A stretch of DNA of 63,666 bases, counting the filler, from Octopus bimaculoides (lineage: Eukaryota): assembly GCF_001194135.2 (NCBI RefSeq). It is 6 parts of 6 records of this genome, joined end to end, with 100 filler letters (N's around TTAATTAATTAA, not from the genome) between each part and the next. Parts side by side here need not be neighbours in the genome. Positions count along the whole stretch, not along the records: positions 51,710 to 55,095 come from NC_068993.1; positions 55,196 to 60,967 come from NW_026436877.1; positions 61,068 to 63,666 come from NW_026427948.1; 3 more parts are not named here. One strand, written 5' to 3'. Below, in pieces: positions 51,949 through 63,009 of this stretch. Position numbers and translations under genes: made by a program. Within the stretch, counting starts at the first letter, position 1. Each line of letters opens with the position of its first letter. The notes below the pieces were generated by a model, which was given only the letters and a program-made list of their open reading frames with translations, was not told the origin of the DNA and searched no databases.

Positions 51949-53699
51949 TGAATGAATAAATTGCATAGAAATCAGCAAGTGGCATCTTGTATCATGCTGT
52001 GTCTGTCAGTAGACACACATATTTGTTTAAACAAGAATTTATAACAGCTGGGGTTTATATAAGAGCAGCCTGTCTGGCATTAGAGTGACGTTGGTGGTGG
52101 AGAAACTGCTGGTTGTGGGCCATGTTTGATAACATCTGTAATTAAAGAAGCAAGGGGTTTGTTAATGAAGCAATTAAATGGCTGTGTTGGTAGCACCAAC
52201 TTAATCTCCAGTGGAAGGGCAAAGTGGGAAGTTGTGAGAGAGAGAGAGAGAGAGAGCAATGATTTTATATTGATCTTTAATGACAGGGTTGAGTTATAAG
52301 TATTTTAGGATAATAGCAAACTGTTATTTTGGGTTTTTTTTTTCTTTTTTCTTTTAACTTTCTTTTCTCCCCCACACCTCTCCTACGGCATCTTTCCACT
52401 NNNNNNNNNNNNNNNNNNNNNNNNNNNNNNNNNNNNNNNNNNNNNNNNNNNNNNNNNNNNNNNNNNNNNNNNNNNNNNNNNNNNNNNNNNNNNNNNNNNN
52501 NNNNNNNNNNNNNNNNNNNNNNNNNNNNNNNNNNNNNNNNNNNNNNNNNNNNNNNNNNNNNNNNNNNNNNNNNNNNNNNNNNNNNNNNNNNNNNNNNNNN
52601 NNNNNNNNNNNNNNNNNNNNNNNNNNNNNNNNNNNNNNNNNNNNNNNNNNNNNNNNNNNNNNNNNNNNNNNNNNNNNNNNNNNNNNNNNNNNNNNNNNNN
52701 NNNNNNNNNNNNNNNNNNNNNNNNNNNNNNNNNNNNNNNNNNNNNNNNNNNNNNNNNNNNNNNNNNNNNNNNNNNNNNNNNNNNNNNNNNNNNNNNNNNN
52801 NNNNNNNNNNNNNNNNNNNNNNNNNNNNNNNNNNNNNNNNATATATATATATATATATATATATACATACACACACACACATATATATATATATGTACAC
52901 ACACATTCACACATATGTACATCATTTGTTTTGTTCTGTTTCACTTTGTCCTTCCAGTAATGATCTCTTTCTTCTCTCTCTCTCTCATCCTCGTACAGAC
53001 ACACACTTACCTTACGGTGCATACACAATGTGTACTTATGCATTTGTCTATATAAATGTCTCTCCATTTGTGCATGTATGTGTCTGCTTGTTTCAGCAGC
53101 CAGTTAACAAGTAAGATAATAATATTATTACAGCGGCGCTCTTTTTCCTCTCAGAATTTAGATAATGACCCACCTTCAGCATTGATCACACACACACACA
53201 CACACATACACACACACAGAGGCATGCACGTACACACACACACTAATAATGTGTGTATAATGACATAGAAGTGAAGCTGGAATAAGCCATAATATCATAT
53301 GATAATAAATGTGCTTTAAGACACACACACACACACATCCTCTTCTTCTTTTATCCTACACTCTTGATCCCTAACACACTGGCTAATTTCCCTGACAGCA
53401 AATGAACCAGGGATTCCTTTGTCCTCTCCACCCATTACTATGGCCATTTGAAACTTCGACACTGCCTCGCTCTGCATCCACCACCTCTACCTGTCTTGTT
53501 ATACTTTAGGTTCTTAGGTTCTATTATGTATATTATAGCCAGCCAGTCTTGCTTCCAACTCTTGTTCCTTGTCCAATATGTGTTACGTACGTACATACAT
53601 GCATGCATGCATACATACATTTGTGTTTGTAGGCATGTGTGTGTTTGTAGGCATGTGTGTGTAGCCTACTGCCATTGAACTTATTCAATGAAGTTCTCT

Positions 53700-53708
53700 T
53701 ACTATTAT

Positions 53709-53764
<56 letters not shown>

Positions 53765-53815
53765 ATATTATTACTACCTTATAACTGTCGCTATTATTAT
53801 TGTTGTTGTAACTGT
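53700..53815. repeat. (CTA)n/(TTA)n microsatellite
   Basis: Directly visible. Confidence 0.9.
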
Positions 53816-54831
53816 TGTTTAACATTTCACAGCAATTTACTGCTTTTACTGTTATGGCTCAACTTGGTTCTGCTCACGCACATTCACGGACATTCAGCAC
53901 ACACGCACACATACACACACACATGCATGCACAAACACAAGCACACAGACATACACACACACAATGTGTGTATGTCTGTGTGTGTTCAATGCAGCATCTA
54001 CTATGGTGCTTCATTCTGAAAATATTTATCTTGTGTACCGCTACCATCATCTCTGCGAACATTCATTCCTCCCAATTCTGAAATCTTCATTTCTTTATGG
54101 AACACACCTCTGTATGTGTGGTATTACGTATTATGTATGTCTTTAAGTATATCTGCGTAGTACAGCCTGTGTATGTGTGTTTATATATTTNNNNNNNNNN
54201 NNNNNNNNNNNNNNNNNNNNNNNNNNNNNNNNNNNNNNNNNNNNNNNNNNNNNNNNNNNNNNNNNNNNNNNNNNNNNNNNNNNNNNNNNNNNNNNNNNNN
54301 NNNNNNNNNNNNNNNNNNNNNNNNNNNNNNNNNNNNNNNNNNNNNNNNNNNNNNNNNNNNNNNNNNNNNNNNNNNNNNNNNNNNNNNNNNNNNNNNNNNN
54401 NNNNNNNNNNNNNNNNNNNNNNNNNNNNNNNNNNNNNNNNNNNNNNNNNNNNNNNNNNNNNNNNNNNNNNNNNNNNNNNNNNNNNNNNNNNNNNNNNNNN
54501 NNNNNNNNNNATATATATATATATATATATACCTGTATGTATTCATCAGTGCGTACACGTGCACGTTTGTTAATGAGTCTTGTTACAAATGCTTGTTTGA
54601 CAGAATCAAGGAGTATAGTAGCTGGAGGTAGCAAGGATATCAGTGAGGAAAGGGAGTTAGTTAATGATAGCTAGATGTAATGGTCACCTGGAAGTGGTGA
54701 TAATATCTGAAGTAACTGTCAACTGGAGAGAGTAATATTTTACAGTGGTCATTACCTTCAAGTTATTGTTGTTCAATCCTAGGTCAGCCCTGAATAAGCA
54801 TTGTTTGTGCGTGTGTGTGTGTGTGTGTGTG

Positions 54832-55095
54832 TTAGCCTGGGCAAAGTTTAGAGAGCTCTTACCCCTGCTGGCGACAAAGGGACTCTCACTCAGAGTAAAA
54901 GGCAGACTGTATGACGCATGCGTACGAACAACCATGCTACATGGCAGTGAAACATGGGCTGTAACTGCTGAGGACATACGTAAGCTCGCAAGGAATGAAG
55001 CCAGTATGCTCCGTTGGATGTGTAATGTCAATGTGAATACCCGTCAGAGTGTAAGTATCTTGAGAGAAAAGCTGAACATTAGAAGCATCAGTTGT
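54832..55095 (+). mobile_element. RTE-clade LINE RT C-terminal fragment, open frame
   Basis: AWAKFRELLPLLATKGLSLRVKGRLYDACVRTTMLHGSETWAV..MLRWMC..LREKL. Confidence 0.9.
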
Positions 55096-55451
55096 NNNNN
55101 NNNNNNNNNNNNNNNNNNNNNNNNNNNNNNNNNNNNNNNTTAATTAATTAANNNNNNNNNNNNNNNNNNNNNNNNNNNNNNNNNNNNNNNNNNNNGGGGG
55201 TGGGGAGGGGAGTAATGCTTCTATTTACTTCCATGTTAAACAACGTGTATTTTGTATGTGCATGATGTGTGTTCATATGTGTATGTGTGTGTGTATGTAT
55301 ATGTTACTTTGAATATGTATGTATGTATATGTGTTTGCATGAGCGAGTGCATATTTATTTATATACGGTATATATATATACATATATAATATAGACATAT
55401 ATAAACAAATATATATATGTATATATAAGACATACATAGAAATATAGTCAT

Positions 55452-55493
<42 letters not shown>

Positions 55494-55495
55494 AA

Positions 55496-55528
<33 letters not shown>

Positions 55529-55565
55529 CCACTCTCTTTCTCTCACTTTCCTCCTCTCTCTCTAT

Positions 55566-55931
55566 GTGGCTGTGTGGTAAGATGTTTGCTTCCGAACCAC
55601 ATGTTTCGGGTTCAGTCCCACTGCATGGTACGTTGGACATTTATCTCCAATTATAGCTCCGGGTCCAACAAAGTCTAGTGAGTGGATTTAGTAGATGGAA
55701 ACTGAAAGAAGCCTGTCGAATATGTGTGTGTGTGCTCTTTTGTGTCTGTGTTTGTTACCTGCCGCTGCTCGACAACTGGTATTGGTGTGCTTACATCATC
55801 GTAACTTACCGGTCCGGCAAAAGGAGCCTGATAGAATAAGTACCAGGCTTTCAATAACAGTGGAGTCCATTCGTTCGAATAAAATTCTTTAAGTGGGGCC
55901 CAACGATGGCCGTAGTCAAATGATTGAAACA
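55566..55931 (+). mobile_element. SINE family A, near full length
   Basis: GTGGCTGTGTGGTAAG head through GTAGTCAAATGATTGAAACA. Confidence 0.9.
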
Positions 55932-56083
55932 GTGGCTGTGTGGTCAGTACCTTGCTTCCAACCACATGGTTCCAAGTTTAGTCCCAGTGCGTGACACCTT
56001 GGGCAAGTGTCTTCTACTATAGCCTCGGGTTTACCAAAGCCTTGTGAGTGGATTTGGTAGGTGGAAACTTAGAGAAACATGTC

Positions 56084-56085
<2 letters not shown>
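55932..56085 (+). mobile_element. Second SINE-A joined head-to-tail to the previous copy
   Basis: GTGGCTGTGTGG begins directly after the first copy's 3' end. Confidence 0.9.
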
Positions 56086-56123
<38 letters not shown>

Positions 56124-57240
56124 TTGTATGTCTATTTNNNNNNNNNNNNNNNNNNNNNNNNNNNNNNNNNNNNNNNNNNNNNNNNNNNNNNNNNNNNNNN
56201 NNNNNNNNNNNNNNNNNNNNNNNNNNNNNNNNNNNNNNNNNNNNNNNNNNNNNNNNNNNNNNNNNNNNNNNNNNNNNNNNNNNNNNNNNNNNNNNNNNNN
56301 NNNNNNNNNNNNNNNNNNNNNNNNNNNNNNNNNNNNNNNNNNNNNNNNNNNNNNNNNNNNNNNNNNNNNNNNNNNNNNNNNNNNNNNNNNNNNNNNNNNN
56401 NNNNNNNNNNNNNNNNNNNNNNNNNNNNNNNNNNNNNNNNNNNNNNNNNNNNNNNNNNNNNNNNNNNNNNNNNNNNNNNNNNNNNNNNNNNNNNNNNNNN
56501 NNNNNNNNNNNNNNNNNNNNNNNNNNNNNNNNNNNNNNNNNNNNNNNNNNNNNNNNNNNNNNNNNNNNNNNNNNNNNNNNNNNNNNNNNNNNNNNNNNNN
56601 NAAAATATAACACAATATATATATCTTTTTATAATTTCAATTCGAATAAAATTTACGCGATTAAAAATTCAAAATAGACAAATAAAGCAAAATAGAAGAA
56701 GATAAAATGAAGTAAAATAAAATACTATAATAGTCCATCGGCTAAAATACTATATCTGATGACAAAACTTTAAAACGACAATTTTTTAAATAATTTAACA
56801 TTATTGAAAGTTATATTAGAAAGTCTTGTACTTACCTCAAGGTACACGTAATAACAGCAGACTTCCACAGGTAAAATCCGTCTCTGCTCACCAAACTTAC
56901 AAAAGTTCATAAAAACTACTGGTCAAAACACACACAAGCACCTATGGCCTTTTCAAGGGTTCACCACCGTAGTCCATACACGTCTTAGTGCAATCCGGTG
57001 ATGAGCCCCACCTCAGGGTAACAATTACAAACAAACATCAGGACATGCAAAACGAATTACTCTATATGACAGGCTTATATAGTCAAGAGGGAAAGACTAG
57101 TCCACGTCATGAATAATAAAAAAAAGATAAAAGTTCAAATTGGCTGTAGTAACTAATGTAATCGTCCAGGTTTCAAATCACCCTAACGCAGACAAATAAT
57201 CTTATTTATATTTATATTTCTTATTTTTATTTTTATTTCT

Positions 57241-57560
57241 CTATACCTTCAAGAAAGTGGAGGAAAACCTATAATTGCAGAAGGGGATCACTTCAGTGAA
57301 TTTATTTAAAGTTTTCGGCCCAAACAACCTAAGTATAGTGAGGGATTCCCTAATACACAATAGACATTTGCTAATCTTTGCTCTAAAATAAGGGGCTCTC
57401 GATACAATCGACCGTTCAAGAGAGTATTTCTTATTTTTCTTCTTAAGGTTGTGCACATAGGATGGGAGAGTTATGGAGTTGCAATACTTTTCATTTGAAA
57501 ATGAACTCAAATGTGCTCTATATCTTGCTTTGAAATCTATCGTCTGCCGGAGTGTCGTTT
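57241..57560 (-). mobile_element. Penelope-like GIY-YIG C-terminal fragment
   Basis: QT.DFKARYRAHLSSFSNEKY.NS..L..YV..LK.K..YS....I..RA.Y..K..KC.LC..E...IL....TLNK..E....C. Confidence 0.75.
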
Positions 57561-57790
57561 TCTTTGGGCATGTATCAGACAAAGAATGTTGCTCAAGGAG
57601 TTGCGTTCGAAGTCTTATGATGTTATCAGCTGCATGTTTGCAAACTTGGTCAAGGGAAGCACTTCGACAATTAGTCGTTAAAGGATGTTGCCGAATATGA
57701 TGCGACATTCAAAGGTATTTTGGATCGATGTTAAGCCTCTGCTGCCTTGTTTTCGTTTTAGGTAGAGACGGTCTACGTCACTGTTTATGT
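57561..57790 (-). mobile_element. R4/Dong-like LINE fragment, RT C-terminal region
   Basis: NFHINSDVDRLYLKRKQGSRGLTSIQNTFECRI..RQH..LLEQHSL, homologous to 41077-41330. Confidence 0.8.
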
Positions 57791-58789
57791 GGAAATTATG
57801 TGTGTTTGTTANNNNNNNNNNNNNNNNNNNNNNNNNNNNNNNNNNNNNNNNNNNNNNNNNNNNNNNNNNNNNNNNNNNNNNNNNNNNNNNNNNNNNNNNN
57901 NNNNNNNNNNNNNNNNNNNNNNNNNNNNNNNNNNNNNNNNNNNNNNNNNNNNNNNNNNNNNNNNNNNNNNNNNNNNNNNNNNNNNNNNNNNNNNNNNNNN
58001 NNNNNNNNNNNNNNNNNNNNNNNNNNNNNNNNNNNNNNNNNNNNNNNNNNNNNNNNNNNNNNNNNNNNNNNNNNNNNNNNNNNNNNNNNNNNNNNNNNNN
58101 NNNNNNNNNNNNNNNNNNNNNNNNNNNNNNNNNNNNNNNNNNNNNNNNNNNNNNNNNNNNNNNNNNNNNNNNNNNNNNNNNNNNNNNNNNNNNNNNNNNN
58201 NNNNNNNNNNNNNNNNNNNNNNNNNNNNNNNNNNNNNNNNNNNNNNNNNNNNNNNNNNNNNNNNNNNNNNNNNNNNNNNNNNNNNNNNNNNNNNNNNNNN
58301 NNNNNNNNNNNNNNNNNNNNNNNNNNNNNNNNNNNNNNNNNNNNNNNNNNNNNNNNNNNNNNNNNNNNNNNNNNNNNNNNNNNNNNNNNNNNNNNNNNNN
58401 NNNNNNNNNNNNNNNNNNNNNNNNNNNNNNNNNNNNNNNNNNNNNNNNNNNNNNNNNNNNNNNNNNNNNNNNNNNNNNNNNNNNNNNNNATGCATTTATG
58501 TATGTATGTATGTATATTTATGTATGCATGCATGCATCTATGTATGTATGCATACATGTATGTATGTATGCATGCATGTATGTATATATGTATATGTATG
58601 CATGTATGTATGTATGTATGTATATATCCATGTATGTATGTATTATGTTTGTATGTATATTAGTTTTGCAAGGAAGTCTTGTCACACTTTGACATGTTCA
58701 CCCCGAGGATACTTTTTCAATATTTATGGTAAAATAAGAATTAATTTTTTCATTCTGATTTTTTTTCTCTCTCTCTCTCTCTCTCTCTT

Positions 58790-58892
58790 GAAGGTTGCAA
58801 TCTGAGAGAATCGTAAGCACACGGGGCTTAGCGGTATTTCGTCTGTCTTTGCATTCTGAGTTCATATTCCACCGAGGTCGACTTTGCCTTTG
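58790..58892 (+). mobile_element. SINE family E, 5' part
   Basis: GCTTAGCGGTATTTCGTC..TTCCACCGAGGTCGACTTTGCCTTT. Confidence 0.7.
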
Positions 58893-58894
58893 TT

Positions 58895-59085
58895 TTTTGC
58901 CGCACGATGACATACATCCGCCTTAGCTTTTCCGGAGTACAGACTGGCGTTGACGGTTGCACCGTCCAGAACGGACTCGTAGTGTATTATCCCCTCATAG
59001 TTCCACCAGACGCAAAGCATCGCCATTTGTTCGAAACATCCATGCTAGGAGAAAGGTTCCAGAAGCCGATTCTTGCTTTGTGACC
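58895..59085 (-). mobile_element. Mariner transposase internal fragment
   Basis: MLCVWWNYEGIIHYESVLDGATVNASLYS. Confidence 0.8.
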
Positions 59086-59119
59086 CACTACTTAAGCACG
59101 TTAGGAATGCGGCACAATA

Positions 59120-59248
59120 TCTCAGTCACTCCCAGTACTTATTTTTTTAAGTCTGGTATTTATTCAATCAGTCGCTAGTGCCGAACGAGTAAGTTACTGG
59201 AACGTAAACAAACTAGTACCGATTTCCAGGGGTGAACAAACACAGATA

Positions 59249-59250
<2 letters not shown>
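59120..59250 (-). mobile_element. SINE-A 3' fragment
   Basis: AAGTCTGGTATTTATTCAATC and TAAGTTAC are the reverse complement of the SINE-A 3' half. Confidence 0.55.
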
Positions 59251-59285
<35 letters not shown>

Positions 59286-59310
59286 ACACACAAAAGTTTT
59301 TGTTTTTTCT

Positions 59311-59400
59311 TCTTGTCTTACTGATGAGTAGTCTTTGACATCTCAGATTCTTAGACTGAATTTATTGTCTTTCTGTACGAAACGATCGTCTAGCGAATTG
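59311..59400 (+). ncRNA. Candidate type I hammerhead ribozyme, minimal palindromic helix III
   Basis: CTGATGA 59321-27; helix II GTA/TAC with a 45-nt insert; GAAA 59379-82; helix III C-GATC-G; GTC triplet ending 59390; helix I only 3 bp (TTA/TAG). Confidence 0.55.
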
Positions 59401-59522
59401 AATAATTATTTTATACCATATTAACATCTAATCTCCATTTATAAAAAAAAATATGATTGAATTTGTCGAACTTCGGTGTATAACTTCAATCATATTGTTA
59501 TATATATATATATATATATAAG

Positions 59523-59555
59523 GATAAGATCGATATTTAAAATATCGATCTTATC
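59523..59555. repeat. 33-bp palindrome next to (TA)n
   Basis: GATAAGATCGATATTT-A-AAATATCGATCTTATC. Confidence 0.95.
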
Positions 59556-59593
59556 AAGTGGTCAGCATGGGAATAAAAACCATCAAAGGTAAT

Positions 59594-59728
59594 AATTATT
59601 TAAAATTATAATACAGGGTATCAAGAGATACCACGGACATTTATTGTGGTTTTGGAGTCAGGATTTTACTGCTATTTTTTCAGCGTGGTGGTATCTCTTG
59701 ATACCCTGTATTATAATTTTAAATAATT
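59594..59728. repeat. 41-bp perfect inverted repeat with 53-nt spacer
   Basis: 59594-59634 is the exact reverse complement of 59688-59728. Confidence 0.95.
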
Positions 59729-60469
59729 TTAAATATATATATATGACAAATAATAGATAATATAATATAATATAATTATATATGTCACCAACGTTGCAAA
59801 TAACATGAAATACGTAGGCAAACGAGCGAAATACGAGCGAAATACGTAAAGAACAAGCAAAAAATGGAAAACAGGACAAGCAAACACGGAGAAAGGACCC
59901 TTCCCTCGTTGTCGGCTGTCTCTCTACTTCTCATTTCGAGCATTCAATGACAATATGAGTTTCAAAGACCGTTACTCATATAAATTCTAAAATAAAATTT
60001 TTGATTTATGGGGTCAAAGTTGGGAACAAAATAAATGACAGTGGAGACATACAAGCAAACTGAACGAAAACAAACATGGAGGGATGTTAGACCAAAATGA
60101 GAGGGAAATGGTGAACTCGGGGAGAAACATTTTTTAAAAGAGAAAAGATAGAAGAGAGAGAAAAAAACATGTCCGTTCTTTTAAACATCCGTGCAGGAAA
60201 AAAAAAGATGGTCACGTGAGGAAAAGAAAGATGGACGATGGTCACGTGTGAGCAACGAGAGAGAGAAAAAGAGAAAGAGGGGAGAGAAAAAGAGAGAGAG
60301 AGAGAGAGAAAGAAAACGGGGAATGAGGAAGGGAAAGAAAAAGGGCATTAGAGAAGGATGGAGGATGAAAACAATATAGAGTAGAGTCGCATCAAAAAGG
60401 TGAAGATAAACTTACTTGGAAATGGATGCATCACGAACCCCCTTTTCCGTTTAGCAAATTGATTTAAGG

Positions 60470-60546
60470 AGCACAGGGTTGGTCGCAGGCTATAGTAGAA
60501 GACCCTTGTCCAAGATACTACGCAGTAGGACTGAACCCGAAAACGA
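60470..60546 (-). mobile_element. SINE-A head fragment
   Basis: GGCTATAGTAGAAGAC..CGCAGTAGGACTGAACCC. Confidence 0.65.
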
Positions 60547-60555
60547 CAGGACTGC

Positions 60556-60590
<35 letters not shown>

Positions 60591-60620
60591 CTTCTCGCTC
60601 TATCCATCTATCTCTATATA

Positions 60621-60821
60621 TGTGTGTGCGTATACATATATGTATGTATATGCACACACACGTGTGCATGCGCGTATATATATTGTGTGTGTGCGTACAC
60701 ATATATGTATGTATATGCACACACACGTGTGTATGCGCGTATATGTATTGTGTGTGTGCGTATACATATATGTATGTATATGCACACACACGTGTGTATG
60801 CGCGTATATGCATTGTGTGTA

Positions 60822-60825
<4 letters not shown>
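60621..60825. repeat. 60-bp minisatellite, about 3.4 copies
   Basis: TGTGTGTGCGTATACATATA at 60621 and 60741, 120 nt for two units. Confidence 0.9.
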
Positions 60826-60860
<35 letters not shown>

Positions 60861-61116
60861 ATTACGTGTGGTTCAATTCCCAGGAGAGCTTCTCAAATGT
60901 CACTATTGTCTTGTAATAAAATTTAATTTCCGTTTATGTTTCCTTCAACAAACAAGTTAACTTCATANNNNNNNNNNNNNNNNNNNNNNNNNNNNNNNNN
61001 NNNNNNNNNNNTTAATTAATTAANNNNNNNNNNNNNNNNNNNNNNNNNNNNNNNNNNNNNNNNNNNNATATATATATATATATATATATACACTACGAAC
61101 GTATGTATGTGTGTGT

Positions 61117-61335
61117 ATTCTTTTATTCTTTTACTTGTCTCAGTCATTTTGACTGTCGCCGTGCTGGAGCCCCACCTTTTGTCGAACAAATCTACCCCTG
61201 GACTTATTCATTGTAAGCCTGGTACTTATTCCATCAGTCCCTTTTGAAGAGCGGCTAAGTTACCGTGATCTAAGCACACCAAGATCGGTTGTCAAGCTAT
61301 ATTGGAGGGACAGATACAGACACAACCCCACAAAT
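61117..61335 (-). mobile_element. SINE-A 3' half
   Basis: TTTTACTTGTCTCAGTCATTTTGACTG..GTGCTGGAGC..GTAAGCCTGGTACTTATTC. Confidence 0.85.
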
Positions 61336-61350
61336 ACATACATACATACA

Positions 61351-61397
<47 letters not shown>

Positions 61398-61872
61398 GAG
61401 AGGTATTGGTATCCAGAGGACCCAAGATGGTAGGTAAGGCTTTGTAAGTGCTATGGAAGGACCGTAGTTAAACTCCCGGTTCGAGAGTTTATTGAAAGGT
61501 GGGTGGATGTTGCGAAAATAGTAAGAGTGGATGGTACCTCTCTTAAGTGTAGACCTGTGAGTCGAAGAGAAGTAATTAGAGAGGACACTTGCTCTTGGGG
61601 CTTCAGGGAAATCCCAGACAGCGGAGTTCTTCGATTATCCCTAGAGACCTTCCTGTATCAGGAGGGCCACATCTCTATCATCCTCCCCGCCACATTTTTT
61701 AAAACCTTTGTATGCTATACGTATGTCCCTTCTTTTTTTTTCAGTGTATACCGTATATACTTACTTTCTTTCCTTTTTTCTTTTTATCATTTCATTACAT
61801 TTAACCCTCCACACTTTATGTCTCTTTTTGCAGAGTCCTCCCCATCTTTGCCCTCGTGGAAAATAAATGAAA

Positions 61873-61879
<7 letters not shown>

Positions 61880-61904
<25 letters not shown>

Positions 61905-61906
61905 GC

Positions 61907-61937
<31 letters not shown>

Positions 61938-61938
61938 A

Positions 61939-62018
<80 letters not shown>

Positions 62019-62020
62019 TA
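61880..62020. repeat. (TTA)n/(TTG)n microsatellite
   Basis: Directly visible. Confidence 0.95.
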
Positions 62021-62126
62021 GTCNNNNNNNNNNNNNNNNNNNNNNNNNNNNNNNNNNNNNNNNNNNNNNNNNNNNNNNNNNNNNNNNNNNNNNNNNNNNN
62101 NNNNNNNNNNNNNNNNNNNNNNNNNN

Positions 62127-62362
62127 NTCAGTAGTCTTATTTTTATAGCGTGCTTTCACTTCACTACCGAGCACAGCTCTGTGTGCCTTGGGTATGTGCT
62201 GTGGTTTGCTGTGATGCTCTTATGGTTACTGCATTGAAAGTGTTTTGCGTAGGATGTGTGCAGTGCCTAGTAGTGCTATTTTCTGCATGTTATATATATT
62301 GGTAAGTCCTGGTGTTTTTGTTATGCGTTTGTCTGAATATTTTTTCTATCATACCTAAAGCA
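62127..62362 (-). mobile_element. 3' end of an R4/Dong-like LINE embedded in trinucleotide arrays
   Basis: VGALGMI..PGLTNIYNMQKIALLGTAHILRKTLS then a 3' UTR. Confidence 0.8.
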
Positions 62363-62363
62363 C

Positions 62364-62414
<51 letters not shown>

Positions 62415-62420
62415 TTATTA

Positions 62421-62484
<64 letters not shown>

Positions 62485-62493
62485 CATTATTAT
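62364..62493. repeat. (CTA)n(TTA)n microsatellite
   Basis: Directly visible. Confidence 0.95.
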
Positions 62494-62695
62494 NNNNNNN
62501 NNNTAACAATCGCTAGTAGGCCTTTGAGTTGTTGGTCATTTTTTGCAAAGAGCTTTAAATCATCCATGCATTATTATTATTATTATCATTATTATTATTA
62601 TTATCATTATTATTATTATTATTTAAAGAAACAATAAGAAGAGTGCGACTGATATCGAATGAACAATATTTCGACACTTTGTATCTTCCATATTA

Positions 62696-62763
<68 letters not shown>

Positions 62764-63009
62764 GGCGGTGAACTGGTAGAATCATTAGCACGCCGGGAGA
62801 AATGCTTAGTGGTATTTCGTCTGCCGTTACGTTCTGGGTTCAAATTCCGCCGAGGTCGACTTTGTGTTTCATCCTTTCAGAGTCGGTCGATGAATTAAGT
62901 ACCAGTTGTATACTGAGGTCGATCTAATCGACTGTCCCCCCCTCCCACCAAATTTCAGGCGATGTGCCTATCGTAGAAAGGATTATAATAATAATAATAA
63001 TAATAATAA
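62764..63009 (+). mobile_element. Full-length SINE family E with (TAA)8 tail
   Basis: GGCGGTGAACTGGTAGAATC A-box region, GGTTCAAATTCC B box, GAGGTCGACTTTG core, TAA tail 62986-63009. Confidence 0.9.

Noticed and set aside
56995-57030. GTGATGAGCCC-CACCTCA-GGGT-AAC possible decayed hammerhead
   Set aside because: C3/U4 region and GAAA are damaged and helices I and III are not evident; cannot be supported without a consensus.
20610-61023. Five identical TTAATTAATTAA islands inside N runs
   Set aside because: Fixed 12-mer centred in uniform N spacers, with stops in all six frames: a scaffolding marker, not biology. Contiguity across these points is uncertain.
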